A stretch of 64,000 nucleotides of DNA from an uncultured Polaribacter sp. (GTDB lineage: Bacteria; Bacteroidota; Bacteroidia; Flavobacteriales; Flavobacteriaceae): NCBI RefSeq assembly GCF_947497125.1, contig NZ_CANMFI010000002.1, positions 162,748-226,747 of the forward strand, written 5' to 3'. The notes under the pieces are model-generated. The model saw nothing but the letters and a program-made list of their open reading frames with translations. It had not been told where the DNA came from and did no database searches. Positions within the stretch are counted from its first letter, which is position 1. Each line of letters begins with the position of its first letter. Positions 28,993 through 38,500 of this stretch are shown here, one piece after another. Made by a program: the position numbers and the translations under genes.

Positions 28993-30000
28993 TTATGTAT
29001 ATTTTTTTATATACCATTGAATGGTTTTTAAAATTCCAGATTCAAAATTTTCATCCGCTTTCCAACCTAGTTCATTTTCTAATTTTGATGCGTCAATAGC
29101 GTATCTAAAATCGTGACCAGGTCTGTCTTTTACAAAACTTATTTGCGCTTTGTAAGAGTTTTCTTTAGGATAAATTTTATCTAATATTTCACAAATAGTG
29201 TTTGCTATATATAAATTATTTCGTTCATTTTTCCCGCCAACATTATAAGTTTCACCCGATATTCCTTTTTTAAAAACCAAATCTATGCCTTTACAATGAT
29301 CTAAAACATACAACCAGTCTCTAATATTTTTTCCATCACCATAAATGGGAATATTTTCTCCGGAAATCACTTTTCTTATAATAGTCGGAATTAACTTTTC
29401 ATCATGTTGCTTAGGACCATAATTGTTAGAACAATTTGTAGTAACCACATTCATGCCGTAGGTATGAAAATAGCTTCTTACCATAAAATCTGAAGAAGCT
29501 TTAGATGCGCTATAAGGACTGTTAGGCGCATACGGTGTTTCTTCTGTAAATAAACCCTCGTCGCCTAAAGTACCATATACTTCATCTGTTGATATATGAT
29601 GAAATCTAGACTCTTTAAAATCTTCTTTGTATGAATTTGGTGAATGCATCCAGTGATTTCTTGCAACATCTAATAAAGTGAAAGTGCCAAAGACATTTGT
29701 TTTTACAAATGCATCTGGATTTTTAATAGAATTGTCTACATGAGATTCTGCTGCAAAATGAATAACATTAGAAAAATCATAGGTCTGAAAGAGTTTTTCA
29801 ACCAGATTTCTATCACAAATATCTCCTTTTACAAAAATATAACGATCATTATTCTCTAATTCTTTAAGGTTTTCAATATCACCAGCATAAGTAAGTAGAT
29901 CTAAATTAACCACTTTATACTCCTTATTATTCTGTAAAAAATAAGGAATGAAATTGGCTCCAATAAAACCCAATCCACCTGTAATTAGAATTGTTTGCAT
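28993..30000 (-). CDS. rfbB: dTDP-glucose 4,6-dehydratase
   Basis: 335 aa: [34 protein letters not shown]. Confidence 0.95.
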   Translation of the reverse strand: MQTILITGGLGFIGANFIPYFLQNNKEYKVVNLDLLTYAGDIENLKELENNDRYIFVKGDICDRNLVEKLFQTYDFSNVIHFAAESHVDNSIKNPDAFVKTNVFGTFTLLDVARNHWMHSPNSYKEDFKESRFHHISTDEVYGTLGDEGLFTEETPYAPNSPYSASKASSDFMVRSYFHTYGMNVVTTNCSNNYGPKQHDEKLIPTIIRKVISGENIPIYGDGKNIRDWLYVLDHCKGIDLVFKKGISGETYNVGGKNERNNLYIANTICEILDKIYPKENSYKAQISFVKDRPGHDFRYAIDASKLENELGWKADENFESGILKTIQWYIKKYT

Positions 30001-30002
30001 CC

Positions 30003-31040
30003 TTATTTTTTATAAGAAATTAGAAAAGCATTTAATTGAGCTAATACCAATATTAAAATCATAAAAACGGCTCCTAACCCCCCTAATAAAAAGGCGTAAT
30101 TATTACTAACTCCCTCAAGTTTTGTGCCTATTGGCTGAAAATTTGACAAAACATTTATCACCTCATATTCTGTCCCTTTTTCTTTATTTACATCAACTAA
30201 TTCTTCATTTATTTCTATATTCGTTTCAAACAACTCTAACTCTTTAGTTGTTTTTTTAACGCCTCCTAAATCAATATTAGTGCCATTTGATTCTGGTTTT
30301 CTAGCCTCTTGAAGCATAACCTCTACATATACCTTTCTTAAAGAATCTATCTGAGTTAAATTTTGTCTAAACAAAGAATCTGTTCTATTTAGATTTTCGT
30401 TAGCTAAAGACTTTAATTTATTGAAGTAAGTATTTTTTACAATAGAAGAAATAATAACAGCATCTAACTTATTAAAAATATCATTCTTTTCAGAGACAAC
30501 TCTTACTTTATGAGCATTATAATCATATATAGAAAAAGAAGTTTTAAAATCTTGAAAAGAGTAACTTTTAACAGTTAAAGTATCTACTTCTTCAATAAAT
30601 TGATCATAAGAATTAATAATATCGTTGTCATTTATAACCGGACTTATCTCAAACTTTTTTAAACTTGCTGCATCTTGCTTATCTATATTAAAAGTATTCG
30701 CTAGTCCTATTGTATCTTTTTGCTTTACAAGGTTATTGTAGTAATTAATATTGTTATACAACTGTCTTGTACTCTTAAAATTTGGTTCTAACAATAATTC
30801 TGACTCGTATGTTGTGGGTGATTTCACTTCAATAAAAACACCAACTATAGCACCAATAATTGTGGCAATACCAATTTTTATAATATTGGCTTTTAAAAAA
30901 ATTAAAATAGTAATTATAAAATGAAAAATCCCTTTAAAAATACTTCCAATAAAATTGAAAAAGTTTTTAAAACCTTTTCCTATAATTACAAATAAAGACC
31001 CTAAATCTACTTCTTCTTCGTTTTTGTTAGTTGTTGACAT
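30003..31040 (-). CDS. Wzz/PCP-like chain-length-determinant candidate
   Basis: 345 aa with one TM block near the N terminus, a large hydrophilic helical middle and one C-terminal TM (LLGGLGAVFMILILVLAQL). This is the PCP topology without a kinase domain. The position is at the head of the locus. Confidence 0.5.
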   Translation of the reverse strand: MSTTNKNEEEVDLGSLFVIIGKGFKNFFNFIGSIFKGIFHFIITILIFLKANIIKIGIATIIGAIVGVFIEVKSPTTYESELLLEPNFKSTRQLYNNINYYNNLVKQKDTIGLANTFNIDKQDAASLKKFEISPVINDNDIINSYDQFIEEVDTLTVKSYSFQDFKTSFSIYDYNAHKVRVVSEKNDIFNKLDAVIISSIVKNTYFNKLKSLANENLNRTDSLFRQNLTQIDSLRKVYVEVMLQEARKPESNGTNIDLGGVKKTTKELELFETNIEINEELVDVNKEKGTEYEVINVLSNFQPIGTKLEGVSNNYAFLLGGLGAVFMILILVLAQLNAFLISYKK

Positions 31041-31054
31041 TCTAATTTCTTGTG

Positions 31055-32737
31055 TTAAAAAATTTGTTCTAATATTTTTTGCGTAATAGCATACGTTGGT
31101 GTAACACCTGTCATTCCTAAACCACCAGACGCAAGTGTTGCACCGGTTTCTAGTGGATTATCTGATGCGTAATAAGCATATCTTACTTTAACATCTTCAG
31201 AAATATTACCTCTAATTTTAGAAGCAGATTGTATGGCTTTTTGATAATGAGCACCTTCCATTTCTAATCCGATAACATTCCAGGTAGAATCATGAAAAAA
31301 GGCTAATAAATCTTTATTCTGTAATGATGTTCCTAAAACAGAAACCATCGAACCATCAAAAGAACGCACCCCAAACCCTTCTAAATCTTCTTTTGTTAAT
31401 TCATTTTTAAACGGATAATTATCTGCTGTTCCTTCAAATATATGTGCATTCGGTATCATAATATCTCCTTTACCACCTTCTAAAATACCAGCTTTACCCA
31501 TAATAGAAATCGATTTTACATCTAAATGTGTTTTGATGTTCTTCTCACACGTATATGGTTTCAATAATTCATCCATAGTTTCGTAGGCCTGTTCACCAAA
31601 AGCATAATCCATTACAATAATTACCGGACGTTCTTCTTTACTATTTTCTTTTTCAAACGATGAAACCTCGAAGTTTATTTTATCAGTATCTATTATTTGA
31701 ACATTTATATTAGTTCCAGAGGTATCTTTGATATAGATTAATCCGTTTTTAGAGGCATATTCTTTTACCTTTTTTTGTAACGTACTGCTATCTGAATTAC
31801 TTAACAGTTCAAATAATTCAAATCCTTTGTATGTTTTTGCCTCTTTTGGTAACGCGCCTTTAGCATAAATAGAATTTAAAACGCTGTGCATATTTGCACT
31901 GATAATATGAATGGGTCTATTTAAAAGTTGGTGGTCTTTTAAGGTTTCTTTTATGTTAGTTGCCCAGATATCACCATAAATATGATGCCCAATTTCTTCA
32001 ATTAAAACAGTGCTAAAAGTAACTTTACGCTTCTTGTTCTCTACAACTTCATTTATGGCTAATTTACCTAACCAATAAATCAAATGAAAAAAACGATCTT
32101 CATTTTGTGAAGTTTTAAAAGTAGTGTGTATGGTAAATACCTCGTCAAAAGTTCTCCCTAAAATATTACATAAATGTGCAATTGCTACTTCTCTTTCTTT
32201 TGATGTAATTTGTTTATTATGAATTACAATTTCTTCTAAATACAACCATTCTCTAATAAAACCTGCTCCTTCATTGGTAGTAATTTTTTTTTGAATTTTA
32301 TGCGACTCAATAAATAAAAAAGTTAAGTGGGTTAGAATATCATAAATTTCAGATCGTCCTCTTGTAATTTCAATATTCATTTGATCTTTGTCTATCCTGT
32401 AGCAATTTCTTCTTCTTTTTGGCGGAATAATTGCCTTAAAATGAGACTCTCGATACCCTTCGTCTGCCGTTAAATTAATAAACTGACATTCTTCTATACC
32501 TTCTGGTAATCTTTCAATTACGTAGGTTAAACCATTTAACTCGGTTCTTTCTTCTGCAATAGAGCCATATATTTCTGGTCTTAATGAAAGTAACGACTTT
32601 AAAAGTGTTTCACCAGATATACCCATTGGTTTGTAAAAACCTCTACTAAATAAATGACGCATAGAAATGTATAGTTTTTCTATTGCATTTGTAGATTCTT
32701 GTGCTCTTGTTCTATCTATTTTTTTTGTTTTTAACAT
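31055..32737 (-). CDS. uncharacterised protein with C-terminal nucleoside phosphorylase/AMP-nucleosidase-like domain
   Basis: 560 aa. The last ~200 aa align by eye to the PNP_UDP_1/AMP-nucleosidase pattern (VIIVMDYAFGEQA, IMGKAGIL...GDIMIPNAHI, VLGTSLQN, VIGLEMEGAHY, YYASDNPL). The N-terminal ~350 aa are unrecognised. Confidence 0.55.
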   Translation of the reverse strand: MLKTKKIDRTRAQESTNAIEKLYISMRHLFSRGFYKPMGISGETLLKSLLSLRPEIYGSIAEERTELNGLTYVIERLPEGIEECQFINLTADEGYRESHFKAIIPPKRRRNCYRIDKDQMNIEITRGRSEIYDILTHLTFLFIESHKIQKKITTNEGAGFIREWLYLEEIVIHNKQITSKEREVAIAHLCNILGRTFDEVFTIHTTFKTSQNEDRFFHLIYWLGKLAINEVVENKKRKVTFSTVLIEEIGHHIYGDIWATNIKETLKDHQLLNRPIHIISANMHSVLNSIYAKGALPKEAKTYKGFELFELLSNSDSSTLQKKVKEYASKNGLIYIKDTSGTNINVQIIDTDKINFEVSSFEKENSKEERPVIIVMDYAFGEQAYETMDELLKPYTCEKNIKTHLDVKSISIMGKAGILEGGKGDIMIPNAHIFEGTADNYPFKNELTKEDLEGFGVRSFDGSMVSVLGTSLQNKDLLAFFHDSTWNVIGLEMEGAHYQKAIQSASKIRGNISEDVKVRYAYYASDNPLETGATLASGGLGMTGVTPTYAITQKILEQIF

Positions 32738-32829
32738 GCTTTCTTTTAAATTTCAAAGATAAAATTATTTAACAGATTATAACTACTTAATAAGCAAGTG
32801 ACTTCTTTTAAAAAAAGGGTTTTTATTCT

Positions 32830-32855
32830 CAAAAAAAACTATTGTAAAAAATAGT
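32830..32855 (-). terminator. weak intrinsic terminator after rnpA
   Basis: On the minus strand: ACTATT-N6-AATAGT stem followed by a T8 run. The stem is AT-rich and only 6 bp. Confidence 0.3.
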
Positions 32856-32858
32856 ACT

Positions 32859-33251
32859 TTATACTTTGGTACTTTCAGGTTTTGTAACCTGATTTACAAA
32901 TAAAGTAAGTAACTTTTGCATTTTATAATGCACTTCTTCGTAACTTAATTCTTCTCTTCCCATGTAAGAAATCATAAAAACATAAGGTTTGTCTAAGTTA
33001 TCGTACACAATTTCTTTCTGCAAACGGTAACACTCTCTCATTAAACGTTTAATTCTGTTTCTATGAACAGCCAATTTAAATAGTCTTTTAGGTACAGAAA
33101 CGCCAACTTGTGCAGGAAAATCTGAAGTATGCGCAGTTTGTAAATAGACCATTCTTAAAGGGAAACTTTTTACAGAATTTCCTTCAGCATAGAGTTTTTC
33201 TATTAATTTTTTACTTTTTAAACGCTCTTGTTTACCTAACGTATTTCTCAT
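32859..33251 (-). CDS. rnpA: ribonuclease P protein component
   Basis: MRNTLGKQERLKSKKLIEKL...FPLRMVY...VPKRLFKLAVHRNRIKRLMRE is the classic RnpA pattern. I chose the start at the ATG at 33251 rather than the 9-codon upstream extension in the ORF track. Confidence 0.9.
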   Translation of the reverse strand: MRNTLGKQERLKSKKLIEKLYAEGNSVKSFPLRMVYLQTAHTSDFPAQVGVSVPKRLFKLAVHRNRIKRLMRECYRLQKEIVYDNLDKPYVFMISYMGREELSYEEVHYKMQKLLTLFVNQVTKPESTKV

Positions 33252-33370
33252 TAATACAAACTTAATGGAAAACAACAACTTTTTAACAATTTCTAATCGC
33301 TAACTTTAAAAAAGATATGTATTTTTAGCTACAAGTTAAAAACTTATTTGTTAAAAATTAAACGTAAAAT

Positions 33371-34549
33371 ATGAAACCTGATGTATTTCAAGCACCTGAT
33401 TACTACAATATAGGCGATTTATTATCGGAAGAACACAAATTAATTCGTGATTCAGCAAGAGATTGGGTAAAACGAGAGGTATCTCCAATTATAGAAGCAT
33501 ATGCTCAAAAAGCAGAATTTCCAAAACAAATTATAAACGGTTTGGCAAGCATTGGTGCTTTTGGGGCATACATTCCAGAAGTATATGGTGGCGCAGGTTT
33601 AGATCAGATTTCTTACGGATTAATTATGCAAGAAATAGAACGTGGAGATTCTGGGGTTCGCTCTACAGCCTCTGTGCAATCTTCATTGGTTATGTATCCT
33701 ATTTTTACCTACGGAAACGAAGCGCAACGTAAAAAATACTTGCCAAAATTGGCTACAGGTGAATGGATGGGAAGTTTTGGATTGACAGAACCCAATCATG
33801 GTTCTAATCCGGCCGGAATGACTACCAATTTTAAAGACAAGGGTGATTATTACCTTCTTAACGGTGCAAAAATGTGGATTTCTAACGCACCTTTTTGTGA
33901 TGTTGCAGTGGTTTGGGCTAAAGACGAATCTGGTAGAATTCACGGTTTGCTTGTTGAGCGTGGCATGGAAGGTTTTTCTACGCCAGAAACACACAACAAA
34001 TGGTCTTTAAGAGCGTCATCAACCGGAGAGTTAATTTTTGACAATGTTAAAGTACCTAAAGAAAATTTATTACCAAACAAATCTGGTTTGGGTGCACCTT
34101 TAGGTTGTTTAGATTCTGCACGTTACGGAATCGCTTGGGGTGCAATTGGCGCTGCTACGGATTGTTACGATACGGCTTTAAGATACTGTAAAGAAAGAAT
34201 TCAGTTTAACAAACCTATTGGGCAGTTTCAATTACAACAAAAGAAATTAGCAGAAATGATTACCGAAATTACCAAAGCTCAACTTTTAGCATGGCGTTTG
34301 GGAACCTTAAAAAATGAAGGCAAAGCAACTTCTGCACAAATTTCTATGGCAAAACGAAACAATGTAGAAATGGCACTTAAAATTGCCAGAGAAGCAAGAC
34401 AGATCTTGGGCGGAATGGGTATTTCTGGCGAATATTCTATTATGCGCCACATGATGAATTTAGAGAGTGTAATTACGTATGAAGGTACACATGACATTCA
34501 TTTATTGATAACCGGTTTAGACATTACTGGTTTCAATGCGTTTAAATAA
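33371..34549 (+). CDS. acyl-CoA dehydrogenase (glutaryl-CoA dehydrogenase-like)
   Basis: 392 aa: GSFGLTEPNHGSNP, KMWISNAP, YEGTHDIHLL. The N-terminal DYYNIGDLLSEEHKLIRDSARDW resembles GcdH-type enzymes. Confidence 0.85.
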   Translation: MKPDVFQAPDYYNIGDLLSEEHKLIRDSARDWVKREVSPIIEAYAQKAEFPKQIINGLASIGAFGAYIPEVYGGAGLDQISYGLIMQEIERGDSGVRSTASVQSSLVMYPIFTYGNEAQRKKYLPKLATGEWMGSFGLTEPNHGSNPAGMTTNFKDKGDYYLLNGAKMWISNAPFCDVAVVWAKDESGRIHGLLVERGMEGFSTPETHNKWSLRASSTGELIFDNVKVPKENLLPNKSGLGAPLGCLDSARYGIAWGAIGAATDCYDTALRYCKERIQFNKPIGQFQLQQKKLAEMITEITKAQLLAWRLGTLKNEGKATSAQISMAKRNNVEMALKIAREARQILGGMGISGEYSIMRHMMNLESVITYEGTHDIHLLITGLDITGFNAFK

Positions 34550-34564
34550 CTACTTATAAAAATA

Positions 34565-34601
34565 AAAAGAGGTTGCTTCTAACAAGAAGACAACCTCTTT
34601 T
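34565..34601. terminator. bidirectional intrinsic terminator between convergent genes
   Basis: AAAAGAGGTTG-CTTCT-AACA-AGAAG-A-CAACCTCTTTT, a long stem flanked by an A-run and a T-run. Confidence 0.8.
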
Positions 34602-34619
34602 TTCACAAAAAGGGGGAAT

Positions 34620-34805
34620 TTATTTCTTTACTCCTAATTTTATAAGAATGGTTTCTAACAAGCACCATTTGGTAAATGCAGACTGAATTAAATTTACGCC
34701 AATAAAAACCGTAAACCACAACCAGTTTTGATGCACATAGGTTGTTAAAACAACACTTAACAACACCATTACACCTACTATAACTCTAAAATATTTGTTT
34801 AACAT
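34620..34805 (-). CDS. DUF2892 (YgaP-like) small membrane protein
   Basis: 61 aa with two TM helices and a ...IQSAFTKWCLLE... motif characteristic of DUF2892. Confidence 0.7.
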   Translation of the reverse strand: MLNKYFRVIVGVMVLLSVVLTTYVHQNWLWFTVFIGVNLIQSAFTKWCLLETILIKLGVKK

Positions 34806-34824
34806 TTTCTTAATTTTTTTATGT

Positions 34825-35130
34825 TTATATAAATTTTTCTATCGGAACAACAACCGCTTTTATAGGATTGTTTGTTTCTAAATTAGCATTAAACTCTTTG
34901 AGAAGCACAAACAAGTTCTCACTATTTTCTTCGGATGTAAATGAAAAAAACAGCGAAGATTCATTACTAGCTTTTTCTCCAGAAAACCAATTAGAAGCTA
35001 CCAATACAGAGGCACTATTTTTATGCCCATCAATACCAGACTCACTAAAGTTTTCGATGTTTGCTTTCTTAAAAAGCGCAATTACTTCTTTATGAAATGC
35101 TGCTACAGCTGTTACAATTATTAATTTCAT
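34825..35130 (-). CDS. small cytoplasmic alpha/beta protein, unknown function
   Basis: 101 aa with no TM or signal peptide and a beta-alpha-beta start (MKLIIVTAVAAFHKEVIALFKKANI). It starts 6 nt after the RND pump stop. Confidence 0.5.
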   Translation of the reverse strand: MKLIIVTAVAAFHKEVIALFKKANIENFSESGIDGHKNSASVLVASNWFSGEKASNESSLFFSFTSEENSENLFVLLKEFNANLETNNPIKAVVVPIEKFI

Positions 35131-35136
35131 ATGCGT

Positions 35137-38100
35137 TTATTTATAGTTTTTCTTTTCAATCATATAATATACCAACGGAACAACAATTAATGTTAATACG
35201 GTAGAAACAATAGTTCCGCCCATTAATGAAATTGCCAATCCTTGAAAAATCGGATCAAACAAAATAACAAATGCACCAATTACAACGGTTCCTGCAGTTA
35301 ATAAAATAGGAGTTGTTCTAACTGCACCTGCTTCTATTGCTGCTTGTTTTAACGGCACACCTTCTGCGGTTCTTAAGTTGATGAAATCGATTAGTAAAAC
35401 CGAATTCCGAACCATTATTCCTGCCAAAGCAATCATTCCAATAAAAGAAGTTGCTGTAAAAAAGGCACCCATCATCCAGTGTCCTAAAATAATTCCTATC
35501 AATGATAAAGGAATGGCAACCATCATTACAACAGGTGCTTTAAAGTTTTGAAACCATCCTACAATTAAGATATAAATCAAAATAATAGCTCCTAAAAAGG
35601 CAATTCCTAAATCTCTAAAAACCTCTAAAGTTATTTGCCATTCTCCGTCCCATTTAACGGTATAATCATCTTCATAATCTGGTTGCCCCAAATACATTTC
35701 ATTCAATTTATACCCTTCTGGAAGTTTAATTTGTTGTAACTTTTTTTCCATTCCTAAAATTGCATATGCAGGGCTCTCTAATTGACCAGCCATGTCTGCC
35801 ATCACATATACAACACGCTTTTGGTTTTTTCTATAGATGCTTTTTGCACTTTCAGTTTCTTTAATATCAACCAAATCTGCAATAGGAACCATAGTGCCTA
35901 ATTTTGAGGTTATTTTTAACTGAGTAAGATCTTGTATGGTAGATTTTTCTTTCTCATCTAAAGACAGCACCAACCCAATTTGATCTATGGCAGCTTCATC
36001 GTACAACGTTGTAATTGAGCTGTTAGAAAGTGCCATGTTCATTGTATAAGCAATTTGCTGTGGTGCAACGCCATACAACATCGCTTTTTCTTTGTTGATG
36101 TTAAATTGATACTCTTTTTGAGCCGCTTCTACCATCCAATCTACATCTACAACATCGTCTGTATTTCTTAGAATTTGCTGAACTTCGTTTGCAATTTTTA
36201 TTTGCTCGTTATAATCGGGTCCGTACACCTCAGCAACAATCGTAGATAAAACAGGAGGTCCTGGCGGAACTTCTACCAATTTTACATTCGCATTGTATTT
36301 TGCCGCTATTTTTTGAATTTCTGGTCTAAACAACTTTGCAATGTCATGACTTTGTGCTGTTCTTTTACCTTTATCAATTAAGTTTACCTGAATATCTGCC
36401 ATATTGCTTCCACCACGCAAATCGTAATGACGCACCAAACCATTAAAAGTTATTGGTGCAGAAGTACCTATATAATTTTGATAATTAACCACCTCTGGCC
36501 TTGTAGATAAGTATTGTGCTATCTCTTGAGTTACAACAGCAGTTCTTTCTAAAGTAGTGCCTTCTGGCATATCAATAACCACCTGAAACTCATTTTTATT
36601 ATCAAAAGGCAACATTTTTACGGCAACAGAATTTGTTAAAAACAAGCCCATTGTTGCAATTAATACTGCAAATGTTCCGCCTAAAAACAACCAACGTTTT
36701 TTACTGTTTTCTAACAAAGGTCTTTCTAACTTGTTGTAAGCTCTATAAATAAAAGTATCTTCTAAAGGTTTTTCTGTCTTTTCAGGCTGTCCTTTCTTGT
36801 CTTTTTCTCTTAAGAAAATGTATCCTAAATAAGGTGTTATTGTAAGTGCCACAAATAAAGATAAAATCATTGCTATTGATGCCCCTATTGGCATTGGCGC
36901 CATATAAGGACCCATTAAACCAGATACAAAAGCCATTGGTAACACAGAAGCAATTACCGTAAAGGTTGCTAAAATTGTTGGGTTTCCTACTTCGTTAATT
37001 GCATACAAAGCTGCTTGTTTAAATGGCAGTCGCTTCATTTTAAAATGACGGTGCATGTTTTCTGCAATAATAATAGAATCATCAACCACAATTCCGGTTA
37101 CAAACACCAACGCAAATAAGGTAATTCTATTCAATGTATAATCTAACATATAATAGCTTAATAGCGTTAATGCAAAAGTAATTGGCACCGATAAAAACAC
37201 TACTAAACCACCACGCCAACCCATGGCCAACATTACTACTAAAGTTACAGCAATGATAGACCCAATAAGGTGTAACAACAATTCTGACACTTTATGAGAT
37301 GCTGTTTCTCCGTAATTTCTAGTAACCTCTACATGTACCGCATCAGGAATTAATGTGCTACGCAAATTGGCTACTTTATCAAGTACTTTTTCTGAAATTT
37401 TCATGGCATCTGCGCCTTTTCTTTTGGCTACAGAAATAGTAACTGCCGGATATTCTGATTGATACGTTTGGTTTTTTTCACTTGCGTTACCAAACCCTAA
37501 ACTCACATAGTTTTTAGGAATTTCTGGACCATCTAAAATACGTGCAATCTGCTTTAGATAAATCGGCCTGTTTTGTTGCACACCAATCACCAAGTTTTCT
37601 ACATCTTCTACAGTTTCTAAAAACCTACCTGTAGTTACCAAAAGTTCGTTGTCATTTTTATCAAAACTACCCGAACTTAACTGCGTGTTATTTGCTTGAA
37701 TCATTTTAGAAACAGACAAGAAGTCTACACCACTTTCTGCCATTTTATCTTTGTCTAAAACAACGCGCAACTCTCTGCTTCTACCTCCAATTTTATGAGT
37801 AATAGAAACATCATTTATTTTCTTAATTTCATTTTCTAATTCACCTGCAAGCAAGCTCAATTGATAATCATCATAACTCTCGCTCCAAAGTGTTAGTCCA
37901 AGCATTGGTACATCATCAATCGCACGAGTTTTAACTAACGGAAACGTAACACCTTTAGGCATTTGATCCATGTGTTTGTTAATTTCATTGTATAATTTTA
38001 CAAACGATCTTTCAATATCTTCGCCCACATAAAACTGCACAATAACCATGGCTTTTTCTTTCATAGAAGTGGCATACACATACTCTACCCCTTTTATGTT

Positions 38101-38331
38101 AGAAATCAATTTTTCTAAAGGCTTTACAACTCTAGATTCTACTTCTGTAGGACTTGCGCCTGGATATCCCACAAAAATATCTGCCATTGGCACATCAATC
38201 TGTGGTTCTTCTTCACGCGGAATTAAAAACGAACTATACACTCCAACAACCATAAACACCAGCATTAACAACACTGTAAGTTTAGATTGCATAAAGACTT
38301 TTGCTATTTTCCCTGCGATACCTTCTTTCAT
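35137..38331 (-). CDS. efflux RND transporter permease (operon A)
   Basis: 1064 aa with the 12-TM AcrB/HAE architecture. The TM4 motif is GIVVDDSIIIAEN (an Asp-Asp pair as in hydrophobe/amphiphile pumps, not the DFG..DGA..EN pattern of heavy-metal pumps). Confidence 0.9.
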   Translation of the reverse strand: MKEGIAGKIAKVFMQSKLTVLLMLVFMVVGVYSSFLIPREEEPQIDVPMADIFVGYPGASPTEVESRVVKPLEKLISNIKGVEYVYATSMKEKAMVIVQFYVGEDIERSFVKLYNEINKHMDQMPKGVTFPLVKTRAIDDVPMLGLTLWSESYDDYQLSLLAGELENEIKKINDVSITHKIGGRSRELRVVLDKDKMAESGVDFLSVSKMIQANNTQLSSGSFDKNDNELLVTTGRFLETVEDVENLVIGVQQNRPIYLKQIARILDGPEIPKNYVSLGFGNASEKNQTYQSEYPAVTISVAKRKGADAMKISEKVLDKVANLRSTLIPDAVHVEVTRNYGETASHKVSELLLHLIGSIIAVTLVVMLAMGWRGGLVVFLSVPITFALTLLSYYMLDYTLNRITLFALVFVTGIVVDDSIIIAENMHRHFKMKRLPFKQAALYAINEVGNPTILATFTVIASVLPMAFVSGLMGPYMAPMPIGASIAMILSLFVALTITPYLGYIFLREKDKKGQPEKTEKPLEDTFIYRAYNKLERPLLENSKKRWLFLGGTFAVLIATMGLFLTNSVAVKMLPFDNKNEFQVVIDMPEGTTLERTAVVTQEIAQYLSTRPEVVNYQNYIGTSAPITFNGLVRHYDLRGGSNMADIQVNLIDKGKRTAQSHDIAKLFRPEIQKIAAKYNANVKLVEVPPGPPVLSTIVAEVYGPDYNEQIKIANEVQQILRNTDDVVDVDWMVEAAQKEYQFNINKEKAMLYGVAPQQIAYTMNMALSNSSITTLYDEAAIDQIGLVLSLDEKEKSTIQDLTQLKITSKLGTMVPIADLVDIKETESAKSIYRKNQKRVVYVMADMAGQLESPAYAILGMEKKLQQIKLPEGYKLNEMYLGQPDYEDDYTVKWDGEWQITLEVFRDLGIAFLGAIILIYILIVGWFQNFKAPVVMMVAIPLSLIGIILGHWMMGAFFTATSFIGMIALAGIMVRNSVLLIDFINLRTAEGVPLKQAAIEAGAVRTTPILLTAGTVVIGAFVILFDPIFQGLAISLMGGTIVSTVLTLIVVPLVYYMIEKKNYK

Positions 38332-38341
38332 TTTATTATCT

Positions 38342-38500
38342 ATTTTGGGCGTTTTAACAGGCTATTCGTTACAATCTTTTTTCTTGTGCTAAATTAATTT
38401 CAGCCTCTTTCTATTTAAGCTAAATGCATTTTTGAAAGAGATACTGAATCGAGTTCAGCATTAAAAAAAGGATTTTCACTACTATCCTTAACGCAACTTG
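38342..38500 (-). repeat. intergenic element copy 2 (long form), forming the structured MFP-RND spacer
   Basis: Read on the minus strand: CAAGTTGCGTTAAGGAT-N10-ATCC+T7, then hairpins CTGAACTCGATTCAG, TCTCTTTC-N22-GAAAGAGG and GCTGAAATTAATTTAGC, then the 20-mer AGCCTGTTAAAACGCCCAAA ending 12 nt before the pump ATG. Confidence 0.75.

Noticed and set aside
35137-38331. Calling RND pump A a heavy-metal (CusA/CzcA-type) exporter because it sits next to an OprC-like copper receptor.
   Set aside because: Its TM4 motif is GIVVDDSIIIAEN, with the Asp-Asp pair typical of hydrophobe/amphiphile pumps, rather than the DFG..DGA..EN pattern of heavy-metal pumps. Proximity alone is not evidence.
16509-38500. 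Reading the two related intergenic elements as CRISPR repeats, as a tracrRNA-like element, or as boundaries of a programmed 22-kb inversion.
   Set aside because: There are only two copies, 22 kb apart, with no spacer-repeat periodicity and no cas genes, and they resemble no CRISPR repeat I know. No recombinase gene is nearby, and the enclosed segment carries core genes (purD, rnpA). Inversion remains untested speculation, mentioned only as something to check.
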